Positions 1 through 9,726 of a DNA stretch of 64,000 nucleotides are shown here, piece after piece (position 1 is the stretch's first letter; each line of letters opens with the position of its first letter). This stretch comes from Pecten maximus (lineage: Eukaryota). The position numbers were made by a program, and so were the translations under genes. The notes under the pieces are model-generated. The model was not told the origin of the DNA. It was given only the letters and a program-made list of their open reading frames with translations, and did no database searches. The stretch spans positions 36,580,001-36,644,000 of the forward strand of contig NC_047018.1 of the NCBI RefSeq assembly GCF_902652985.1. Reading direction: 5' to 3'.

Positions 1-124
1 TACAACCGATTCTGTAATTTGTATTACCCGCTTCCCATGATGCTTTGTGTATTAAATATGGCTGCCTGACAGACAAGCCTCGTGTTATGAATGCACACAC
101 ATGTACAGAACCCACGAATCAACA
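1..124 (+). repeat. 5' LTR (3' portion only)
   Basis: 1-124 matches 3791-3914 with one mismatch (C79 vs A3869). Ends ...ATCAACA immediately before the PBS. Confidence 0.95.
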
Positions 125-135
125 TGGTGGCAGCG
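125..135 (+). promoter_or_regulatory. Primer binding site, tRNA-Leu
   Basis: TGGTGGCAGCG directly after the LTR is complementary to the 3' end ...CGCUGCCACCA of eukaryotic tRNA-Leu(AAG/UAG). Confidence 0.85.
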
Positions 136-232
136 TCGTGGACGATGATTTGTTAAAATCTAGGTGGTATTCCGCTACTGATTGACTCTGATTTACTGTA
201 TTTTGTCGCCCTGTTAGGTGATAACGTTCGTC

Positions 233-3200
233 ATGGACTCTCCGAGTCGCGCCCCTGCTCCGGCTATGGCCCCAACCCAAGTCAATAACGCATACAGTAC
301 CTCGTTACGTCTGCCCCCACAGCTCGATATAACTTCAGGAAATGTATCAGAGAATTTCAAACGCTGGAAGCGTGAAGTTGAGATATATTTAGCTGCATCG
401 GGTGCAGGTGAACGTAACCAGCGAATTCAAACAGCAATCATATTGAATTGCGCGGGATCACATGTTTTAGAGATCTATGACCAGATCACGTGGGAAGAGG
501 AAGGGGACAAGGACGACCCCAATAAAGTATTGCAAGCTCTTGAGAAATATTGCAATCCCCGCGACAACGAGGTATTAGAATCACATAGGTTTTGGAACCT
601 ACCCTATCAAGAACCTTTTGATAAATTCCTGACTGAAATGAAAACCAGAGTGTCTGCATGTAACTTCCAGGAAAAAGAGAGAATGATGCGCGATAAAATA
701 GTGTTCACAGTAACAGGAAAGTTACAGGAACTCTTGTTGAGGGAAGATAAACTCACCCTTGAGAAAGCTGTCAAGGTTTGTAGGGCATTTGAACAATCAA
801 ATAAGCAAGTAAGAGAACTTCGTGACACTAACCCCACATCGAGAGTGAACAAAGTCGCTAGTAACTATAACCAGAAACCAAACTCGAAGGGGAGGAAACT
901 ACCTGTACTAGATGACATATTGCCAAAATTGAAGGATGCCAAAATATTCAGCAAACTTGACATCAAAGAAGCTTATTGGCATGTGCGGTTGGACAAACAG
1001 TCAAGCTTGCTCACAACAATGATTACGCCATTTGGTCGATACCGGTGGACCAGACTGCCATTTGGTCTGAAGGTCTCCAGTGAGATATTCCAGCGGAAAT
1101 TAGATGAAGCCCTGAGTGACATTGATGGTGTTTTCAGTGTCGTGGATGACATCATCATACCAGGTTGTGGTCCTGACCTCGTCTCCGCCCAACGTGATAA
1201 TCAGCAGAAGCTAGAAAACGTCCTGAAGCGATGTGAAGAAAAACATATCACACTGAATGAAGAGAAGCAAGAAACTGGTCTCAACGAAATTGTATTTCAT
1301 GGTCACCGTATCTCGAAGGATGGTGTCAAGGTCGATGATGCAAAGGTCAAGGCCATTCATGACATGCCCTCACCCACTGACGTCTCAGGTGTAAAACGTT
1401 TGTGTGGCATGGCACAATACATGTCCCGTTTCTTACCGGATTTGGCAGAAACTTTGGAACCAATCCGAGCTCTTACCCGAAAAGGAACGCCTTGGAACTG
1501 GTCTGTTGATTGTGAGAAGGCGTTCAGATTACTTAAGCAAAAGCTGACCACTACACCATGTCTTGCATATTTTGACCCTGATAAGGAGGTTGTCTTACAA
1601 GTCGACAGCAGCAAGGATGGTATCGGAGCCGTACTTCTACAGGAAGGGAGACCCGTAGAATACGCGTCCAGAGCTCTTACGGTGTCAGAGAGAAAATGGG
1701 CTCAAATAGAAAAAGAAGCTTTGTCAGTGCTCTATGGTCTTGAGCGTTTTGACCAATATACATATGGGAGAAACGTCACGGTGCAGAACGATCACAAACC
1801 TTTGGCCGCCATTCTGAAAAAACCTCTGAGAATGGCGCCAAAGCGTCTACAGGACATCATGATGAGATTCCATAGATATGATGTGGAGTTTGAGTTTGTG
1901 AAAGGAGTCAACCTGTTGATCGCCGACACTTTGAGTAGAGCTTACCTCGACTCGACGGATGGAAACCGTGATGAACGTGTTCGCATTCTGACCGTGAATG
2001 TGTTTGGTGACATCCCAGATGCTAGGATTTCTGAAGTTAGAGAAGCCACAGCAAATGATTCAATCCTGCAAGCATTAATGACTCTTGTCATTGAAGGTTG
2101 GCCTACAAGAAGACAGGATTTGCCCCCTGGTGCCGCCGCATATTTTGATTTGCGTGAAAGCCTGTCAGTTGTTGATGGAATTATAATGAGGGGAGAATCT
2201 ATAGTAATTCCTCAAAGTCTCCGAGCAGACATGAAATCGCGTTTACACAGTGCACATCTTGGCTACCATAGTATGCTCAGGAGAGCCCGGTCAATGATAT
2301 TCTGGCCCGGTATGTCAGCCGACATCAAGCAACTTGCTGATGCCTGTGAAATTTGTCAGGAGATGAAACCGCGAAATGCGCCAGAACCGCTTACACAGCA
2401 CACTGAAGGAGCAAAACCCTGGGACAAGATAGGACTCGATTTGTGTCAAGTACAAGGGAAAGACTACCTTATAGCCGTAGATTACTACTCGCATTTCATT
2501 GAGTGTGACTTGCTTACTACGACAACAAGTGCACGTGTCATATCATTCGTAAAGAAACATTGTGCTCGCTATGGCGTCCCAAAGATGATTGTGTCAGATG
2601 GAGGACCTCAGTTCTCAAGCAGTGAATTTAAACATTTTGTCAGTCATTGGGGAATTAATCATGTGATGTCGTCTCCAATGCATCAACAAGCCAATGGTAA
2701 AGTCGAGTCCGCCGTCAAGGTCATGAAGAACCTGTTATTGAAAACTCTTGTTGAAGGGAAGGACCCATATGAAGCAATATTGGAACAACGTAACACACCC
2801 AGACAAGATACTGGTGTCAGTCCAGCGCAGGTAATGTTTGGAAGGACAACTCGAACATTCATTCCCAGTCTATGTCAGGATACCTCAACCTCAGTGCCAA
2901 ATGCTGAAATTAACAGGAAACGCGAAGCGCGTCGACAATCTGTGAAAAGGACATTTGACAGGAAGTCGCATCCATTACGCGCACTCAAAAATGGACAAAC
3001 CGTTTACTTCCAGCATCTAGAGGGAGAGCGATGGAAACTCGGGACAGTGAAAGAAAGGACTGCCTCGAAATCTTACACTGTTTGTGGTCCAGATGGTTGT
3101 GTATATCGTAGGAACCGCGTCCACATGAGGCCGACATCCATACTACCGCGTCCTCGCGAAGTGTCTCCAAATCGCGTACCAGATACTGTCTCTCAAAACG

Positions 3201-3391
3201 TGTCGCAGAAAGACTCCGTGGAGCCTACTAAATTCATGTCGTCTCATGATCAAATCTCTAGTAAAAGTGAAGCCAAGAAACCTACCACAAGTGGCACAGC
3301 TATGACAGTGATGGAACCGTTACCAACAGGAAGTACTCGACCTAAGCGTGATTCCAAACCGCCAGTGTACTTAAAGGACTATGTTACTTAA
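233..3391 (+). CDS. Gag-Pol polyprotein lacking zinc knuckle, protease and RT N-terminus (Gag, partial RT, RNase H, integrase)
   Basis: First ATG is at 233 (the track opens at GTG 218). Gag-like N-terminus (NFKRWK...RDKIV...LTLEKAVKVCRAFE). RT motifs FSKLDIKEAYWH, RLPFGL, VVDD. RNase H LQVDSS...EKEAL...DHKPL...ADTLSR. Integrase HHCC (HSAH...CEIC) and DDE (IGLD, SDGGPQF, GKVE). Confidence 0.92.
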   Translation: MDSPSRAPAPAMAPTQVNNAYSTSLRLPPQLDITSGNVSENFKRWKREVEIYLAASGAGERNQRIQTAIILNCAGSHVLEIYDQITWEEEGDKDDPNKVLQALEKYCNPRDNEVLESHRFWNLPYQEPFDKFLTEMKTRVSACNFQEKERMMRDKIVFTVTGKLQELLLREDKLTLEKAVKVCRAFEQSNKQVRELRDTNPTSRVNKVASNYNQKPNSKGRKLPVLDDILPKLKDAKIFSKLDIKEAYWHVRLDKQSSLLTTMITPFGRYRWTRLPFGLKVSSEIFQRKLDEALSDIDGVFSVVDDIIIPGCGPDLVSAQRDNQQKLENVLKRCEEKHITLNEEKQETGLNEIVFHGHRISKDGVKVDDAKVKAIHDMPSPTDVSGVKRLCGMAQYMSRFLPDLAETLEPIRALTRKGTPWNWSVDCEKAFRLLKQKLTTTPCLAYFDPDKEVVLQVDSSKDGIGAVLLQEGRPVEYASRALTVSERKWAQIEKEALSVLYGLERFDQYTYGRNVTVQNDHKPLAAILKKPLRMAPKRLQDIMMRFHRYDVEFEFVKGVNLLIADTLSRAYLDSTDGNRDERVRILTVNVFGDIPDARISEVREATANDSILQALMTLVIEGWPTRRQDLPPGAAAYFDLRESLSVVDGIIMRGESIVIPQSLRADMKSRLHSAHLGYHSMLRRARSMIFWPGMSADIKQLADACEICQEMKPRNAPEPLTQHTEGAKPWDKIGLDLCQVQGKDYLIAVDYYSHFIECDLLTTTTSARVISFVKKHCARYGVPKMIVSDGGPQFSSSEFKHFVSHWGINHVMSSPMHQQANGKVESAVKVMKNLLLKTLVEGKDPYEAILEQRNTPRQDTGVSPAQVMFGRTTRTFIPSLCQDTSTSVPNAEINRKREARRQSVKRTFDRKSHPLRALKNGQTVYFQHLEGERWKLGTVKERTASKSYTVCGPDGCVYRRNRVHMRPTSILPRPREVSPNRVPDTVSQNVSQKDSVEPTKFMSSHDQISSKSEAKKPTTSGTAMTVMEPLPTGSTRPKRDSKPPVYLKDYVT

Positions 3392-3733
3392 TTTCGCGTT
3401 ATTAGATACTGTGTTTCAGTTACAGACTGTGACTGTGTTCAATTCTTTAAGAGACTGTTCAAATATTTTAGTTGTGATCATAGTAGGACTGTCAAGTTAA
3501 ACAGTTCATGGTGAATCATTCAGTTATTGGTTAAAGTTCATGTTAGAGACGGTTGCAATTTATTTTGTTTGTTTCAAAGTAATATGTGATTTTGAGCAAT
3601 TGTGTTCAGACTCCTACAAAGGTAATGCTCATAAGATCTGTATGAAAATCTCAGTTCAATTTTATAGAGAGTTAAAAATGTTTGGTAGTCAGGTCTAGGA
3701 AAAGTACTATTTTGAAATACTTTCAAAATTATT

Positions 3734-3746
3734 GGAGAAGAAGGGA
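3734..3746 (+). promoter_or_regulatory. Polypurine tract
   Basis: GGAGAAGAAGGGA immediately before the TG start of the 3' LTR. Confidence 0.85.
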
Positions 3747-3914
3747 TGTTAATGATATATGCGTTCCGCATTGTCGGATTTGTAAATTAATACAACCGAT
3801 TCTGTAATTTGTATTACCCGCTTCCCATGATGCTTTGTGTATTAAATATGGCTGCCTGACAGACAAGCATCGTGTTATGAATGCACACACATGTACAGAA
3901 CCCACGAATCAACA
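3747..3914 (+). repeat. 3' LTR, 168 bp
   Basis: TGTT...AACA inverted termini, follows the PPT, matches the 5' LTR portion. Confidence 0.93.
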
Positions 3915-6900
3915 AAAATTAATATTTACCGGTAGTTAGATCAGATACAGTTCATTTTATACTTTGATATTTTTTTCTTTATATTTTCTTCAAATTACAT
4001 TTGTCGCAATCAATTACAATATAACTATTTCTAAAACGATAATCTGTAGCAGTGACGTTGTTGCAAATTTTTATTTCGAACAATCAACAGCAGGCTGGTA
4101 GATAATTAATTGTATACCAGGCTGTTTCGTTTAGTCTGAAATGTCTAAAATGAAGTAAAAACACGGAGAGTGTGCTAATATAAATATCATTATATTATAT
4201 ATCTACATATATCGCTTAAATCAGCAGCTTTTCGCATGTAAAACAAAATATTAGTAAATGGATTTCTTATTTAAAGTTAAAAAGACAATAATTAAGAAGG
4301 TCTCCTCACGGCTAATAATTCAGAGTATTTTCCCCGGGGTGTGTCCGACATAACCCGGGGGTGTCCGTAAATTAAAATCAGTGTAATAGGACATGGAGCA
4401 TAAAGAAACTTATACTGCGTGATTTAAAGTAAAACCGCAGACGAGGTGCTCTCCGCGCTTTACTCATTGTGAGGGAAGGGAAGTAACTCTCAAAAAAACA
4501 CAGTAATCATTACTTGAAAATAATTCACTTACACCACATGGACCACAGGAGCTTGCATAGAAGATGAATCTTAAAAATGTTTGATATGGCAGTGGTTTGT
4601 GTACTGTGGAAAATTCAAGACTGGTAACTCCGCCACCTGCGAAATGGCACCCTACCACACTTCACTCGACTAAAAAACACATTTATACAAACTGACACGG
4701 CGCATACTATATACTACCGTCATCTAGAAACATTCATCTTTCACCTACCGTGTCACTCAATACGAATTGTTACACCCAAAACACAATAATCCGTGAAAAC
4801 ATCGCTGAATTCCTCCTTCAGGACACCATTTTAAAAACTGCTCCCTCAGCCCAGCCATGTAATGCTCCAGACCAAGTCCGAAATAACATTGTCATCATAA
4901 AGTTAGATATGTACAGAAGAACCACTTAACAACGATATGTTTTGCATGTCCAACATCATCAGTATGGGAAGTTTTAAGCAAACTCGAAAAATCACTAAAA
5001 TTTTTGTTAAAAGGAAATGGCACAACATGTCAATATAGATTATAGAGATGTGTACAATATTGATGTATTCCAAAACAAAAAGCAAATTTTGCAAAACAAC
5101 AAATTCTCAAAATTCAACTGAATATAACAACATTACCCCAAGGAAACTGGAAACTTATAGAAATGACAAGAAACTTTAGAAGATATTTAACAAGAAATGT
5201 AAAGAATCCTGTGCGGGACTATAGGCTCTCACAGAGATGTCATTAAAAGAAAGAAAATAAATTATAGGTACACAAAAAAGGAAGTGTAAACATTGTTATA
5301 TAAAAGCTATGCCTTATTTATATTAATAGTCCTCGACCCCAATCCCATAATGGAAAGTTAACAACCATAACATTAAAATGTTAAAATCTTACTTAGAAAC
5401 TTGAATGGATTTGTTAAGTTTCACCTCTTTAGTAGGACTCACACAACTAAATCAGCCAATCAGCTGGTGTTTCGCTTGAACCAAGTCCCTGAAGAAAACG
5501 TGCTTCTTAGGTTTGTAGCCTTTCTCCCGAGTAAATAACATATGAAATGGGTACTTTCTATATACGAGAATGAAGAGTAGGGTCTTGAAATTTGGAAAAT
5601 CAAAAATGTACACTCCTACTAAAATTAGAATGGCGTAGGTTTCGAGGTGTAAAAAGGCGGGAATTTTCCCAGGTATGTTGTCTTTCTAGTACCCATGGGT
5701 CTTTTTTACCATCAAACCTTTACAGAAACATCATTTATCAGGTAGTAAAAACCTCAAACTTTAATATGATATACACTTCACATCATTTGAACTTCAGATG
5801 AGCGAATGAAGGGACGGAGTCACTAGTTAGAGCATATAGTAAAACAAATTAGTTGTGCGAGCCCTTGTAACTTCCTGATTTCTTAAACTTGATGAATTGG
5901 AGAAATTAAGTCAATGAGACTCAACAAAATAACCAATTCCATTTTTGGAACACTTTCAGTTTTGATCAGATGTATTTAATGAGGTGCAGAGCATTTGAAA
6001 AAAATATGAATGGCAAGCTGCTAGAAAGAAAACAAAGGGGCACAACCCTTCAAGTTAGTGAAAATCAAGCCCTGAATTTAATATGTGATTTTCTGTCTTT
6101 TCAGACATTTCATAAACCAAAGTCAACAACTGTAAGAGAGCTTGTCTGTGTCTAACTTCCGATGTTGGATTCCATCAAGGGTCTTTGACCTTAAAGAAGC
6201 TGAGGTTGCCAGATCTAATAATAAAATATGTGTATTGAAACCAGACCAAAATTATTGCAGTATTATTGTAGTATCATGTCAATAAATATCACAATTTACG
6301 CACCGATATTGATATGAGTATTTAACAAAAATATTTTTCTTCTTAAAGCAAACATATTTTTTTTACAATCATTTCAATCACCGGATTAGGCTATATAGTA
6401 AACGTTGTTTATATTTGAATTGTTCCAAGATATATAACCTTTCTCAAACACAATATTCTTAAAAAGATGGTTATATGATTGTTTAAGGCTCTTAAGACAT
6501 CAGCAAGTTCATGACATCAGAAAATTCATATATATTAATTGTCAAAGAAACATGTCAATACACAATATGATGTATAGTGCAATGGATGTTGAAAGCTTAA
6601 TTCCTGCTTTGTAGTCAAGCTGTCAAGAAGAATCAGATAATTAAAACGTTGGTACGATGAATTATACCCCCCACCCCCGAAAAAAAAAAATACCAGACCC
6701 CTATCCTTTCCACAGCGAACAATGTGGAAATACAGATGAGCATAAGGTAGACAATAAGATCTGGTAATTTGTGTAAAATGGACTTAATTTTACATCTTCA
6801 TAATTTGTTTATACGGTCTTCATAACTGTTTTAGAAAAAACACATTCCATACATGCTTTCAGCAGTTTGTTTTGGTCATCTCCTACCCAGTGTCTAACAT

Positions 6901-7326
6901 TTCATCTTCATTAACCAAATTTTTATTTTTCAAATTCACGTTGCATTACTTAGCCTTTGAATAGGCCAACTAGAATAAAAACTTTATGTCTACTAACCCA
7001 ACTGACTCTCTAAAACATGTTTCCCTTTTTCTGGTCAGTAATAGGTGTACAGTGACTACACTTAAAACCTATACATCCATTGGTTGTGTGTTGCTAAAAA
7101 TAGTTTCAATGAAAAACTATTACTTTAAAAATGTTAATACTGTGCATTGTTCTAGTTTATATCTTCTTGTGTTCTTATTGTGTTCGCTAGGTTGTTTTGA
7201 AACAAAACCCTACCTACCGACCCTCTTTTCTCTTTACCTGTAAGTAGAAACACACTTTTTATTTTGTTTCGTCTTATCCTCTCGGGTTTCAAATTATTGT
7301 TTGTCCTGTCAAACAATTTATATATT

Positions 7327-7807
7327 ACTTAAGAGAAAAGGGTTCGACCTTTAGGGCATTTTTTTTTTTTTTTTTTTTTCCCATTATGTGCTCTTTTGCC
7401 TTAATTAACGTCAAATGATTTAACCTTAAGCGAAAGATATTTTCAGTGTAGATAAATATGGTCGGGCCACACAATGCCAATGGCAAACAAATATTTATCT
7501 TTATAAACAAAATTGCCGTAATGTACATCATGTCAAAATTTGTTTGACCATAAGGGGATAAATTATACATAATGCCAAAACATAATTTATTTCCCTTCCT
7601 ATTAAAATGTTTTTGCCATTATGTACCAATCGTTTAACCTTAAGAATCAATCATACATAATGTTGAAAAATGTTAACATACGGACAAACACTTGCCATTA
7701 TGTGACTAATTGGATTTTCATACTTCTAAGGTAAATATTTGACCTAAAGGGTAATTCTTTTGTCATTATGTAAAAGGATGTCTTTATTGATCTGTTCCCC
7801 TTAAGTA
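7327..7807. mobile_element. Possible degenerate MITE
   Basis: TACTTAAG at 7327 and CTTAAGTA at 7800 with loosely complementary flanks. Internal GCCATTATGT/ACATAATG motifs occur in both orientations. Confidence 0.3.
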
Positions 7808-8029
7808 TTATATGTATTATTTTACAATTTAGTATGCCATACATGGGTTGCCAGTGCTGGAACAATCTTTGTTTGAATAGTAAACAGTTTTACATCTGTG
7901 TATCAGTTTGTCTATAGGGCAATGTAGGGTCTGATAGCCGCACAATAGATGACAACTCACATTTAAACTAGTTGATGAAAACTTCATAAACAAATAAATC
8001 AACAAAATTAACCGTAAATAAAATACAAG

Positions 8030-8517
8030 TCATGGCAACATATCACCATACTATTAAGGCTAGCTCAACCCTACATTATCAAACCAGTCACTACACTTGT
8101 AAATCTCTCTCTAACCACATCAACATTCCTAGATACACTAAAAACAGCACATGTCAGGCACATACACAAAAAGAGCAGTACATTCGAAAAGGGAAACTAC
8201 AGACCGGTAAGGATACTCCCAGCACTTTCCAAGATCTTTGGGAGAACCATACATTCCCAACTCGGTAGCCTCTTTGATGGTGTCTTTCACATTGCAGACA
8301 GGAAATAACATATCGAATGCGAACCAGAAGTTAAACTTTTATAGGTTACATTAGATTTCAAGCTAAATTTCCACACACATGTAGCATATATCTGTAAAAA
8401 GCATCAAGACAACTTAACACACTAAAACCATTGGCAAACACCTTAACAGAATAGGCAAACTCACAATATATCACCCATTTATCCTTTAGAATTTCAATTT
8501 CTGTCCACTCACATGGT
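8030..8517 (+). pseudogene. Decayed CR1/L2-group LINE reverse transcriptase fragment
   Basis: Frames not in the track give HKKSSTFEKGNYRPVRILPALSKIF (RT start), then EPEVKLL*VTLDFKLNFHTHVAYICKK/ASRQLN...NFNFCPLTW (RT end). Stops, frameshifts and a missing middle. Confidence 0.8.
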
Positions 8518-8519
8518 GT

Positions 8520-8982
8520 ATTGTGGACTCACAAGAGTTTATCAGTCATTCAATAAATGACCTTTTAACAACAATATTATTTTTTATTGTCCTTGCGAGT
8601 CAACCTTTGCGAAAAACGAGCTCCAGCCTCTGAATATGATCCACGTTACACAAATATAATTTGTTTCATGGAAATAAATACATTTGTGTATGATGCCCAT
8701 TGTGTTTGAAAAACCCTCCCTTTAATGTTTAATCTAGAGCCAGACTTGACGCCATCATGTATACCCCATCTTTGTTGCTACACAATATGTTAAGTAAATA
8801 CATTGTGTTTTTCTATAGCATCAAAAATTATTCATTTTGAATAATGATTGATTGTGGACTCGCAAGAGTTTATCAATCATTCAATAAAGGACCTTTTAAC
8901 AATATGTTTTTATTGTCTTTGCAAGTCAACCTTTTGCAACAAACGAGCTTCAGCCTCTGATCATGAACCAGGCTTACACAAG
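8520..8982 (+). repeat. ~135-bp diverged direct repeat (8520-8653 and 8851-8982)
   Basis: TTGTGGACTC(A/G)CAAGAGTTTATCA...AACGAGCT(C/T)CAGCCTCTGA...TTACACAA occurs twice. Confidence 0.8.
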
Positions 8983-8984
8983 GA

Positions 8985-9380
8985 ATGTCTTAACACGTGT
9001 TCTGGCCTGGACGACAGGTGTGGCGTATACGTGAATGTCTTAACACGTGTCCTGATCTGGACGACAGGTGTGGCGTATAAAGGTACTGTCTTAACACGTG
9101 TTCTGGCCTGGACGACAGGTGAAGCCTATATAGGGGATGTCGTACCACGTGTCCTGATCTGGTCGACAGGTACGGTGTTTAAAGGGGATGTCGTAACACG
9201 TGCCGTCGTCTGGTTAACAGATGGCAAGTTTTTAAGGTGTCGTGGCTTTGACGGCAAATGTGGTGTACAAAGGGCAAGTTTTAACACATTTCGTGGCCTG
9301 GAAGTCAGAGGTATCGCTGCCTGGAAGACAGATACGGTATACACACGGTAAGTCTTGACACGTGCCGGGGCCTGTACGAG
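8985..9380 (+). repeat. Diverged ~50-bp minisatellite, about 7-8 units
   Basis: Unit approx. GTCTTAACACGTGTCCTGGCCTGGACGACAGGTGTGGCGTATAAAGG. Explains the repetitive part of ORF 8848..9351. Confidence 0.8.
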
Positions 9381-9535
9381 GAAACGGTGACTTTACAATT
9401 CAGTTTTTTAAATTATGACCAGTTTCGCCTTTTCAGCTGTACACTAAACCGTAATACCATCATGCTGACGTGTGACGCCGACTCATGACTCTTATTTCAC
9501 AGGCGGTCTTGGAGTATTTTATAAGAGTCAGGTTG

Positions 9536-9726
9536 TCAGTCTCTCCATAAGAATCGATCTTCATGTAATATTTCAGCCAACTTCTTGTTGTAGGGTTCGT
9601 ACAGTGCGGTTAACAACTCTCTAGTTTTCTGCAGCATTGGCCCCTTTGCTTTCTTCCTTGCTGTTACATGCTTTTTGGCTTCCAAACTGATTCCGTATGA
9701 CTTCATTTCAGTCGCCGTTAAGGGAC
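9536..9726 (-). CDS. CHST15: CHST15-like last coding exon
   Basis: TTTAG|RPLTATEM...KGPMLQKTRELLTALYEPYNKKLAEILHEDRFLWRD*. Confidence 0.9.

Larger units (their letters stand above)
1..3914 (+). mobile_element. Ty3/Gypsy LTR retrotransposon (Mag/Steamer-like), internally deleted; 5' LTR cut by the window start
   Basis: Order is LTR, PBS, gag-RT-RNaseH-integrase ORF, PPT, LTR. RT-RH-IN domain order is Gypsy. Short LTR, single ORF and tRNA-Leu PBS fit the Mag clade. Confidence 0.95.

Noticed and set aside
218-232. GTG start of gag-pol at 218
   Set aside because: Eukaryotic element; the first ATG is at 233, in good context (GTCATGG).
607-3170. Short antisense ORFs inside gag-pol
   Set aside because: Shadow ORFs of the coding strand with no independent evidence.
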